From a virus (taxonomy: Duplodnaviria; Caudoviricetes), in the IMG/VR virus record IMGVR_UViG_3300035157_000038, positions 1 through 29,536 of that record: DNA of 29,536 nucleotides. One strand, written 5' to 3'. Position numbers and translations under genes: made by a program. Below, piece by piece: positions 16,407 through 24,760 of the stretch; positions within the stretch are counted from its first letter, which is position 1, and the number at the start of each line of letters is the position of its first letter. Below the pieces are notes generated by a model, which saw only the letters and a program-made list of their open reading frames with translations, made no database searches and was not told where the DNA came from.

Positions 16407-18548
16407 ATGGCAACAATAGATGTAGGAAAAATTAAGTTTACTTGGAGGAGTGCTTTCTCCACAAGTAACACTTACGAAAAAGATGATGTTGTTGAGCATA
16501 GCGGATCTAGTTGGGTATATGTAAACGCCACTAATAAAACAGGTAGTGCAGCTGGAGCACCTAGTAGCTCTAATAGCTCACACTGGGAGTTGATGGCAGA
16601 AGGTGGATTACCTACAACCACCGATGGTGATATTATTGTTCGTCATAGCGGATCTAATGTTAGGCTTCCTATTGGTACACAAGGTCAAGCCTTACTTGTA
16701 CAAGATTCAAGTACAGTTGGGTATGGTGAAGTTGGCGGGTTTAATGGTTATAGACCTTTAACATCTAACCTACCAGATTATGCTAATGTCAATGGATCTA
16801 ATGTATATGGCACTGATGGTAGTAGACCTTGGTTAGCTCGTTATAACGGTAAATCAGGTGCGACTGCGGACTGGATTCCACAGCACCCGTTTGCGTTGCA
16901 AAATTACTGTGGCCCAGTAAAACATGATTCTACTTATATGATTAATGCCACTCCTGGCTTGAGGTATTTATCTGACGACCATCAGATGATGACATCTGGG
17001 TATGGTCATTATGGAGCAGGCCCAATATTTACACAAACATATGATGAACAAATTAATCAGATGTGTAATCTTAGTAACGAATTTGGAAGTTTGGAAGATG
17101 GTGAGTATTTTGTAAGGTTTTGTCAGCAAGACGCTACAATAGCTATACTTACAAACAAAGGAAACGTTTTTGTTGGTGGGTATAATGGTTACGGACAGCT
17201 AGGTTTAGGTGATTATACAGACAGGTATCAAATTGTTAAAAATCCATACTTAGGCCCAAATGCTACAAACAATGGTATTACTATGGAAGTATCCTGTATT
17301 GTGACCAATGACCCTCGTGGTTATCAAGGTATGGGGCAAGGAAACTTTTATGTTATCACGCATGACGGCAGAGTGTTCTGCTGGGGTTACAATGGGTATA
17401 GCATGCTGGGTACAGGTAACACGACCAATCAAACTAAACCTGTTCTTTTAGATGGTAATGGTTTTGGTAATAACCCCTGTGTCATGATCTCAACTGGTTT
17501 TTCTTCTATATACGCAGTAGATGATCAAGGTCAGGGATGGTATGTAGGGTATGACTATAACGGACATAGTACTTTTGGCAGCGGTACTATCACCAGTACT
17601 ATAAATTCAATGTCAGGTGTTACAGATGTAAAACAAATACTTAATGGCAATACTTACTATTATAATGGCGGTATCATTGGTACAGGTGCGTATATTAAAT
17701 CTAACGGTAATTTGTATCTAATCGGTTATAATGGTAACTACAATTTAGGTACAGGTGATGCTACCAACCGTACTGCTTGGACTCAAGTAGATTCATCTTA
17801 TAATTATGCAGCTATTCATCATGTAGGAGCTGGCTCTACATTTGGTTGGTGCGGTATTTTAGGTAATGTATCTAGTGGAAATACTGGGGGTGTAGATGGC
17901 CCTGGCGATGCTTATACCTATTGTCAAAATTCTAATCAAGGATTAGCAATTAGAACTGGTGGTTATGATGGGTATGGATTCCGTATGCTTAATAGTACCA
18001 GTATGCCATCTTCTAAATATGTATGGACTGCACCAGATGCAGATGTTTATGACGCATACCCAAGTAATGCTGGTAGTCAAAAAGCAAAACAAACTGTTTC
18101 ATCTAGCGGAAACACTTTGACGGGTACAGATTTAACATTTCCAAGAACTCAGATAACTAGAGTTTGGCCTACTAGAAATTCAGGTTATCAATCTATGTCA
18201 TTGCATATGTTAGATAACCAAAAAAGGATGTGGTATGGTGGTTATGCTCCTAACCCTATGCATTCAGGAACTAATAGTGGCACAATATATTTTACTAGAG
18301 CGCATTTGACGGAAGCCCCGTGGAATCATTCAGGTGCAGCAAATGCAGGTAGAGTAGGACATTTTTGGGGTAAGTCTCAGCCTTCGATTAAAGAATGGCA
18401 TATAGAAGGACATTACTATAGCAGTTATTATCACTATGTTGTTGTTTTAACTGACGGAAGTATCTGGATGATGGGGAATAACTACTATTACAGTCATGGT
18501 ACTAATTCGAATGTTCATTACTACTATTGGCATAGAAGGTCGTTATAA
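16407..18548 (+). CDS. RCC1/BLIP-II-like beta-propeller virion protein (probable receptor-binding protein)
   Basis: Repeated GYNGYGQLGLGD / WGYNGYSMLGTG / GYNGNYNLGTGD blades. N-terminal IDVGKIKFTW...YEKDDVV..SGSSW and TTDGDII...RLPIG..GQ.L fibre motifs. Confidence 0.8.
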   Translation: MATIDVGKIKFTWRSAFSTSNTYEKDDVVEHSGSSWVYVNATNKTGSAAGAPSSSNSSHWELMAEGGLPTTTDGDIIVRHSGSNVRLPIGTQGQALLVQDSSTVGYGEVGGFNGYRPLTSNLPDYANVNGSNVYGTDGSRPWLARYNGKSGATADWIPQHPFALQNYCGPVKHDSTYMINATPGLRYLSDDHQMMTSGYGHYGAGPIFTQTYDEQINQMCNLSNEFGSLEDGEYFVRFCQQDATIAILTNKGNVFVGGYNGYGQLGLGDYTDRYQIVKNPYLGPNATNNGITMEVSCIVTNDPRGYQGMGQGNFYVITHDGRVFCWGYNGYSMLGTGNTTNQTKPVLLDGNGFGNNPCVMISTGFSSIYAVDDQGQGWYVGYDYNGHSTFGSGTITSTINSMSGVTDVKQILNGNTYYYNGGIIGTGAYIKSNGNLYLIGYNGNYNLGTGDATNRTAWTQVDSSYNYAAIHHVGAGSTFGWCGILGNVSSGNTGGVDGPGDAYTYCQNSNQGLAIRTGGYDGYGFRMLNSTSMPSSKYVWTAPDADVYDAYPSNAGSQKAKQTVSSSGNTLTGTDLTFPRTQITRVWPTRNSGYQSMSLHMLDNQKRMWYGGYAPNPMHSGTNSGTIYFTRAHLTEAPWNHSGAANAGRVGHFWGKSQPSIKEWHIEGHYYSSYYHYVVVLTDGSIWMMGNNYYYSHGTNSNVHYYYWHRRSL

Positions 18549-18558
18549 GGAGGTTCAG

Positions 18559-18975
18559 ATGGCATTTACACCGTACATAACAAGAAAATTATATAAAACA
18601 ACACTTGCTATGAAGGACATAGTACACCCCGAAACGTCTGGCCCTTTAGGATCTTGGACAGAAGAACAAGATTGGGTTTCTCCTGTAGAGTGGCATGTGC
18701 ATGAAAATGGAACTGTATATGTTACATTTTGGGATGATTATAAAGATGCATTCAATAAAGCAAACAAAGACAAATTTACTTTAGCTGATGCTGATGACGT
18801 TAAAGTTGTACAAGCTATGTATGCAGAAGCCATACGAGCAAAGAAAGACATGCTTGTATCTAGGAAATATACTGCTGCTGAGTTAGCTGTTCCTGACACT
18901 GATACAAAAGCAGGTATAACAGAAATTAATAATGAAGTTGATGCAGAATTTAATGCAAAATGGATTATCTCGTAA
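18559..18975 (+). CDS. Hypothetical protein, possible fibre assembly chaperone (138 aa)
   Basis: AAGGAGG directly upstream of ATG 18559, a better start than 18496. It follows the RBP gene. Confidence 0.65.
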   Translation: MAFTPYITRKLYKTTLAMKDIVHPETSGPLGSWTEEQDWVSPVEWHVHENGTVYVTFWDDYKDAFNKANKDKFTLADADDVKVVQAMYAEAIRAKKDMLVSRKYTAAELAVPDTDTKAGITEINNEVDAEFNAKWIIS

Positions 18976-19157
18976 TGGCTAGAGTTGGTGAAGTAGAAAA
19001 AGATTTAGCAACGCATGAGGCAGTATGTGCTGAGCGTTATGAAATGATTTTATTTAGAATCAATCGACTAGAACGTATTCTAGTTGCTTGTGCAGGGATT
19101 TTGATCGTGGGATCAGGATCAGTATTGACAGCCGTACTTTTCAGATTAGGAGGTTAA
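18975..19157 (+). CDS. Small membrane protein with HEAVCAERY motif (XhlA/holin-like layout)
   Basis: TAATG coupling at 18973-18977. N-terminal coiled coil and a C-terminal hydrophobic helix. Confidence 0.7.
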   Translation: MARVGEVEKDLATHEAVCAERYEMILFRINRLERILVACAGILIVGSGSVLTAVLFRLGG

Positions 19158-19158
19158 C

Positions 19159-19299
19159 GTGGCGTATACAATGAAAAACAAATCCAGCAATGGAAATGGG
19201 AAAGGCTTAACAGCTGCCCAGAAAAAACTACCGCCGTTTTTACAAAACAAGATTGTAAAAGCAAACAAAAATAAAAAGAATAATAAAAAAGGAACATAA
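19159..19299 (+). CDS. Cationic peptide, 46 aa MAYTMKNKSSNGNGKGLTAAQKKLPPFLQNKIVKANKNKKNNKKGT
   Basis: Not in the ORF track. AGGAGG at 19148-19153, GTG at 19159, TAA at 19297-19299. Confidence 0.75.
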   Translation: MAYTMKNKSSNGNGKGLTAAQKKLPPFLQNKIVKANKNKKNNKKGT

Positions 19300-19300
19300 A

Positions 19301-19408
19301 ATGCCAAATGTAAAAGGGAAAAAGTATCCTTATACTAAAAAAGGTAAAGCGGCTGCAGCAGCTGCTATGAAGAAAAATAAAAAGAAAAAGAAGAAGAAAG
19401 GTAAATAG
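19301..19408 (+). CDS. Cationic peptide, 35 aa MPNVKGKKYPYTKKGKAAAAAAMKKNKKKKKKKGK
   Basis: Not in the ORF track. AAGGA upstream, ATG one nt after the previous stop, TAG at 19406-19408. The MP.V.GKK[YF]PYT.KG motif is recalled from marine phage small proteins. Confidence 0.75.
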   Translation: MPNVKGKKYPYTKKGKAAAAAAMKKNKKKKKKKGK

Positions 19409-19429
19409 TGTCAATATGAGGGTTATAAC

Positions 19430-19900
19430 ATGGTCGTAGCAGAGACGCTTGCAGGTATAGCCCTCGTCAAATCAGCTGTAGATGGTATTAAAAGTGCCAT
19501 CACTACAGCAAACGATGTGGGAGATATAGCAAAGCATGTAGATAAATTATTGCAAGGTCGAGACGAAGCACAAAAAGCTAAGCGTGATGCTAGCAGTGAT
19601 CCTTTCAGTATTAAAAATATTGCAGAGGAAACTATAAACGCAAAGCTGGCTGAAGAACACCTCGATGAGATGCGACAGCTTATCGACCACAGATTCGGAT
19701 TTGGGACATGGCAAGGTATTATAGCAGAAAGGGCTAGGAGAATACACGAAGCTAAAGAAGCGGAAAAAGAATTAAGACGGAGAAAAATGAGGGAACGACA
19801 AGAACTTACTGAAACTGTTACTATAGGCGGCGGTGTTATTATTGGTCTAGTTGTTGCATGTGTTGCAGTGTATTTCTTCTTTAGAGGAATATTCAAATGA
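19430..19900 (+). CDS. Coiled-coil protein with a C-terminal transmembrane helix
   Basis: GAGG RBS, amphipathic N-terminus, charged coiled coil, and TM segment IGGGVIIGLVVACVAVYFFF. Confidence 0.75.
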   Translation: MVVAETLAGIALVKSAVDGIKSAITTANDVGDIAKHVDKLLQGRDEAQKAKRDASSDPFSIKNIAEETINAKLAEEHLDEMRQLIDHRFGFGTWQGIIAERARRIHEAKEAEKELRRRKMRERQELTETVTIGGGVIIGLVVACVAVYFFFRGIFK

Positions 19901-20211
19901 CCCAGAAAAAATTACAAAAGCAAAGTAAATTTGCTGAGTACGATGAAGACGGAGATGGCATTGTGAGTGATAAAGAATTATCTCACATAAAAGCTATCAA
20001 AGAAACTGAGACAGCATTACGAAGAAACTTAGCGCAGTTGCGTATGGCAAGATATACTCTTGTTGCTATGGGCGTATTTACTGCAGCCATGTTTTTCGTA
20101 CCTCTGGAGAGAGTGCAAGCTCTCGCAGATATTAGTAACCTTTTCTATATATCAGGCGCTGGTATTGTAGGCGCATATATGGGAACTACAGCATGGATGG
20201 CTAGAAAATGA
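19897..20211 (+). CDS. EF-hand-containing two-TM membrane protein (holin-like)
   Basis: Canonical EF loop DEDGDGIVSDKE, two hydrophobic helices, ATGA-coupled on both sides. Confidence 0.75.
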   Translation: MTQKKLQKQSKFAEYDEDGDGIVSDKELSHIKAIKETETALRRNLAQLRMARYTLVAMGVFTAAMFFVPLERVQALADISNLFYISGAGIVGAYMGTTAWMARK

Positions 20212-20585
20212 TACAAGCATTGATTGGCCCAGTTACAGGGCTATTAGACAAATTTATAGAAGACAAAGATCAAAAAGCGAAGCTCGCTCACGACATAGCT
20301 ACTATGTCAGAGAAACACGCTCAAGAATTAGCACTTGCCCAAATAGAAGTTTTGAAGGCAGATGCCCAAGGCAACTGGTTTCAAAGCTCGTGGCGACCCC
20401 TTATCGGCTGGATTTCAGGTCTCAGCCTAGGTATTAACTATATGGTCGCCCCAATTTGTGCAGGGTTTGGAATAACAATACCACAAGCAGATATGTCTGT
20501 GATGATGCCTCTAATGTTCGGCATGCTCGGAATCGGAGGAATGAGGTCATATGACAAGATGAAAAAAACGGATAGTAAAAAATGA
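20208..20585 (+). CDS. Holin, GTA-type 3TM family
   Basis: IGPVTGLLDKFI.DKD, SSWRPLIGW and MLGIGGMRSYDK.K motifs, directly upstream of the endolysin. Confidence 0.85.
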   Translation: MIQALIGPVTGLLDKFIEDKDQKAKLAHDIATMSEKHAQELALAQIEVLKADAQGNWFQSSWRPLIGWISGLSLGINYMVAPICAGFGITIPQADMSVMMPLMFGMLGIGGMRSYDKMKKTDSKK

Positions 20586-21034
20586 GTTATGTATTGTCAG
20601 AGCGAAGTCTTAGTAGACTAGAGGGTATAAACGATAAGCTAAGTAAAGTTGTTCAATCGGCTATTGATTATACAAAAGTTGACTTTGGTGTAACTTGTGG
20701 ACTCAGAACTATAGAAGAACAGAAAGAATTAGTAGAGTCAGGTGCATCGCAAACAATGAACAGTAAGCATCTTGATGGTAACGCTGTAGATCTTGTTGCG
20801 TACATAGGCCCCAAAATAAGTTGGGAGTTGAATGTCTATGATGATGTTGCCGAAGCTATGAAAACAGCAGCTATGGAACATGACCTGTCAATACGTTGGG
20901 GTGCAGCATGGCATGTTGAAGATATACGAGACTGGGGAGGAACTATGGAAGAACTTATGCTTGCTTATATTGATTTACGTAGGCGACAAGGCAAGCGCCC
21001 ATTTATAGATGCCCCACATTTTGAGGTGACATAA
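20582..21034 (+). CDS. Endolysin, peptidase M15 (L-Ala-D-Glu peptidase, T5-like)
   Basis: GLRT.EEQ, Zn-ligand motif SKHL.GNAVD, IRWG and C-terminal DAPHFE. Confidence 0.92.
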   Translation: MSYVLSERSLSRLEGINDKLSKVVQSAIDYTKVDFGVTCGLRTIEEQKELVESGASQTMNSKHLDGNAVDLVAYIGPKISWELNVYDDVAEAMKTAAMEHDLSIRWGAAWHVEDIRDWGGTMEELMLAYIDLRRRQGKRPFIDAPHFEVT

Positions 21035-23424
21035 TGGCATCAGTTAAGTTATTAAAATTCCTAGGTGAAGCACCAAGAATAACCACAGAGTTGTTACCTG
21101 ATGGTGCAGCTCAAACAGCGTATAATACTAAGCTATACTCTGGAGATTTAATACCTTATAGAAAACCTGTGTTTGATCAGAACATAGGACGCACAGGTAC
21201 AGTAAAAACTGTATATCCGTTAACTAGCCCTACAGGTGTTGTAAAATGGTTATCTTGGAATACTAGTGTTGATATTGTTAAAGCGTCACAAGGTGATGCA
21301 TTTGAAGAAGATGAACAAAGATTTTATTACACAGGTGATGGCCCACCTAAAGTGTCAACTTATGATTTAGCTACTTCTGGTTCTGGCCCATACCCTGCAA
21401 CTAATTCTTTTTACCAGCTAGGCTTACCATTACCTACAGTACAACCTACTACGTCAGTTACAGCGTTTAATACATTAGATTCAGTATCATTTTCTAGAGA
21501 CTCAGCTAACCAATCTACTGTTGTAACTAATGGAAACCACAACATTAAAACTGGTAATATCATAACAGTGCGTGATTTTACAGGTACTGTCCCAGAAACA
21601 TTTAACGCAACTAACGTTACCGCTACAGTACTTAGTCCTACTAGCTTACAATATTTTAATACTGGTGATAACGTTTCAGTTACATCAGACACTAACGGTA
21701 GAATTGATCTTGCGGGTACGACTCAAGCCCGAAACTACGTATACAGTTGGATTACACCTTGGGGTGAAGAGTCGATACCTTCTGATCCATCAGATAGTGA
21801 TTTTCTAAAAGAAGGTCAGGTTGTAACACTTACTAACCTACCTTCAACACCACCTACTGTTCCTGCTCAAAATTTTATACGTGGGATTAGACTGTATCGT
21901 ACAATACCTACAGCATCAGGTACAGCTTACTACAAACTTACTGACGCTTGGTATCCTGTGTCAGTAGCTACAGTAGCTAGATCAACTAACGTAGCAACAG
22001 TTGAGTTTGCCGATTATCATAACTTAGCACAGGGTGACAGATTCAAAATATCTGGTTGTACTGATACTACGTTTAACGTGACAGATGGTATAGTTCTTTC
22101 TGTTACTGGTAATAAAACTATTACATACACAAGTTCTGGTTCAGATAAAACTACTACAGCAGATACTACGGGCAAAAAATACCATGATGTTGCTGAGTCT
22201 ATAGATGATGCAGCCAGATATTATGGTGATCCGACTTTAACTAACCCTTATCATTTTGTTGACGACTTTCTGTTTAGTAATCTTTCTACTATATTAGGTA
22301 GTGCTGATAACGATCCACCACCAGAGAATATGCAGGGTTTAGCGCTTGCATCTAACGGTATATTTGTAGGATTTTTTGGAAACCAAATATGTTTCTCTCT
22401 ACCGTACCAGCCATATGCGTGGCCCGCTAAATTCAGACTTACTACAGAGTATAACATTGTAGCCCTTGGAGTTGCTGCTGGTTTTATTGTGGCTTTAACA
22501 GAAGAAAATGCGTATCAAGTTACTGGTAGTACACCACAGAATATGGATATTGCTAAGATTGATACACCGTATCCGTGCTTGTCTAAAGACTCCGTTGTAA
22601 ACATGGGGTTTGGTGTAATGTTTTCTACGTATGCAGGTATGGCAGTGTATAGTCCAGCTACAGGGTTAGATTTAATTACTAAGTTTGTGCATGACTGGGA
22701 TACGTGGAATGCTACAGTTGATCCTAGAACTGTTGTAGGAGCTTACTATAATGGTAAGTACTTTGGATCTCATTCAGCAGGTTCTTTTATATTTGAGCAA
22801 GACCAAAGAATTGGAGGGTATTTTGTATCTGTGGATTACACGTTTACTGCGGCATATGCAGATCCCGATACAAACAACTTCTATTATGTAGCAGGGCAGC
22901 AAGGTGATTTGTTTGAATGGGATAAAGGCACAGAACCACTTGCTCCGCTAGAGTGGAAGTCAAAAACAATCACAACAAAAGATTATCTTAACTTGGGTGC
23001 GGCTAGGGTTATTGCTGATTATGCAACACCTGACTCGCAAACTAATGCTTTAGTTGCTGCAAACGCATTAGTACCGACAAACAATGCTACTGTATGGGCA
23101 AACAATCTACAGATAGGAACTGTTAATGGGCCTACTGCAAATGCAAATAATGCTGCCATAACAGAACTTGGCACATTAAATTCAGCACCTATAAATGAAG
23201 ATAACTTGACATCTTATTTACAAGATGTCCCAGGCGCACTGCCTGTTACCTTTAGATTCTGGGTTAACAAAGTGTTAGTTTATGAAAATACAATATCATC
23301 TGACAACATATTTAGATTGCCTACAGGTTACAGAAGTGATACATTTGAAGTGGGAGTGGCTGGATCAGCTAGGATACGAAGTATACACTTAGGTGAGACG
23401 CCATTCGGATTGAGGGCATCATAA
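21034..23424 (+). CDS. Tail nozzle/stabilisation protein (P22 gp10/T7 gp12-like)
   Basis: 796 aa beta-rich protein with YVYSW...GEES.PS, FSLPYQPYAWP, PCLSK.SVV and WKSK motifs. It precedes the ejection genes. Confidence 0.75.
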   Translation: MASVKLLKFLGEAPRITTELLPDGAAQTAYNTKLYSGDLIPYRKPVFDQNIGRTGTVKTVYPLTSPTGVVKWLSWNTSVDIVKASQGDAFEEDEQRFYYTGDGPPKVSTYDLATSGSGPYPATNSFYQLGLPLPTVQPTTSVTAFNTLDSVSFSRDSANQSTVVTNGNHNIKTGNIITVRDFTGTVPETFNATNVTATVLSPTSLQYFNTGDNVSVTSDTNGRIDLAGTTQARNYVYSWITPWGEESIPSDPSDSDFLKEGQVVTLTNLPSTPPTVPAQNFIRGIRLYRTIPTASGTAYYKLTDAWYPVSVATVARSTNVATVEFADYHNLAQGDRFKISGCTDTTFNVTDGIVLSVTGNKTITYTSSGSDKTTTADTTGKKYHDVAESIDDAARYYGDPTLTNPYHFVDDFLFSNLSTILGSADNDPPPENMQGLALASNGIFVGFFGNQICFSLPYQPYAWPAKFRLTTEYNIVALGVAAGFIVALTEENAYQVTGSTPQNMDIAKIDTPYPCLSKDSVVNMGFGVMFSTYAGMAVYSPATGLDLITKFVHDWDTWNATVDPRTVVGAYYNGKYFGSHSAGSFIFEQDQRIGGYFVSVDYTFTAAYADPDTNNFYYVAGQQGDLFEWDKGTEPLAPLEWKSKTITTKDYLNLGAARVIADYATPDSQTNALVAANALVPTNNATVWANNLQIGTVNGPTANANNAAITELGTLNSAPINEDNLTSYLQDVPGALPVTFRFWVNKVLVYENTISSDNIFRLPTGYRSDTFEVGVAGSARIRSIHLGETPFGLRAS

Positions 23425-23783
23425 TGGCAACACGTTACGCTGCTATACCAGCAGTACCACAAGGAAACCTAACTGGAGGCGCAACTATCGTATTGATAAC
23501 ATCGCTAAAAGAGAATGTTGAATTGCTTACAGGCACTAGAGGTGAAGACGATTTAGCTAGTAAAGCCGTAGCAATCGACCAAATAAAACTTAGCACTCTT
23601 GGTAATCAAGATGCTTTGGCGGTGAATGCAAAAGGGATTGGTTATACTATATCTGGTCAAAAAGTCCCTGATTATGATGATTATATAAAATTATTAAATG
23701 ATGTGCAGATATTAATGAATGATCTTTTTGCTACTAGAGAAGCATTAGATACACTAATAGCGCAATTAAAAGGTCAAGCATAG
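23424..23783 (+). CDS. Coiled-coil virion protein, possible needle/plug
   Basis: LKENVELLTG.RG motif and C-terminal heptads. It occupies the P22 gp26 slot after the nozzle (positional inference). Confidence 0.55.
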   Translation: MATRYAAIPAVPQGNLTGGATIVLITSLKENVELLTGTRGEDDLASKAVAIDQIKLSTLGNQDALAVNAKGIGYTISGQKVPDYDDYIKLLNDVQILMNDLFATREALDTLIAQLKGQA

Positions 23784-23791
23784 GAGGTAAC

Positions 23792-24760
23792 ATGGCATAT
23801 ACAAGTAGAAGAAGAGGGGGGTTAAATCCAAGCGTAAACACGCTAAAGCAATCTACTACCCCAGGCGGAACTAGAGTAAACGTATCTCGTAGGGGAGTAA
23901 TGCAGGCAGCACCATCTAGCCTGACACAGCCTACTGGTATTACAGCCGCTACTGCTAATATTGCAACTCCTGCTGCTCAACAAAGACCTATGGGTGCACA
24001 AGCACCAGACTTAGGGCCTTCACTAGATGTACCACCAGCATTAGAAAACCTTATCAAAGGTGGTAATCTACCTATGGTAAATGTGAATGCTGTTCAAAGA
24101 CCTATTCCTACAGGCACAGGTACAAGCAATAAAGCAGTTCCAGCTTTAGATTATCGTTTTCAGCCTTTTGCATTTGAAGAAGGTGGTATGGTTGGCCCTG
24201 GAGGTATGCCCGTGCAACAAGGTATGCCACAGCCTATGAATAAAGCACCTTTAACTCCTGAGCAGATGGATGGTCAGATGGCACAGACTGTTCAAAATAA
24301 TTCACAGGCTATTCAACAACTGGCTAACGAGTTACAGAATGCTATACAAACTGGTGAGCTTCAAGCTGATCAGGTAAACATGGGATTACAGTTAGCACAG
24401 TCTGCTGTTCAAGATCCAAATCTTTACCCGCAGTTACGTGAGTTTGCTCTTAACAACGGTTTGGCAGAACAAGAAGATCTGCCTATGGAGTATGATGAAG
24501 GGCTTGCGTTTGTAATTATACTAGCGTGTAAACTTGCATTAGGTATGCCAGTCCCTGGAATGGGACAGCCTATGGAGCAAGGTATGCCTAGTATGAGAAG
24601 TGGAGGACAGCTACCTATGGAGAGTCCAAACCCAGGTGGTGGTATTCCTATCATGGCCCATGAAGGTGAGTATGTAATACCTAAAGACGTTGTGGCAAGA
24701 AAAGGCACAGAATTTTTTGATAAACTAATACAGGCAAACAATGGTTCAAAAGTCAGCTAA
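23792..24760 (+). CDS. Q/P/M-rich probable internal virion protein with a C-terminal HEGEYVIP domain
   Basis: AGGAGG RBS, low-complexity N-terminal half, FEEGGMV and MRSGGQL motifs, and GIPIMAHEGEYVIPKDVV..KGTEFFDKL. Confidence 0.7.
   Translation: MAYTSRRRGGLNPSVNTLKQSTTPGGTRVNVSRRGVMQAAPSSLTQPTGITAATANIATPAAQQRPMGAQAPDLGPSLDVPPALENLIKGGNLPMVNVNAVQRPIPTGTGTSNKAVPALDYRFQPFAFEEGGMVGPGGMPVQQGMPQPMNKAPLTPEQMDGQMAQTVQNNSQAIQQLANELQNAIQTGELQADQVNMGLQLAQSAVQDPNLYPQLREFALNNGLAEQEDLPMEYDEGLAFVIILACKLALGMPVPGMGQPMEQGMPSMRSGGQLPMESPNPGGGIPIMAHEGEYVIPKDVVARKGTEFFDKLIQANNGSKVS

Noticed and set aside
18411-18548. Tyr/Asn/His/Ser-rich NNY codon run at the RCC1 protein C-terminus, resembling a DGR variable region
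   Set aside because: No template repeat, reverse transcriptase or IMH/hairpin seen in the window, and the whole protein has this composition. Reconsider only if an adenine-variant copy exists elsewhere in the genome.
19075-19865. ILVAC and LVVAC as possible spanin lipoboxes
   Set aside because: Neither follows an N-terminal signal peptide. One starts a TM segment and the other lies in a C-terminal TM.
19154-19896. Hydrophobic minus-strand ORFs (86 and 157 aa)
   Set aside because: They mirror the A-rich Lys codons and coding frames of plus-strand genes that have clear RBSs and coupling.
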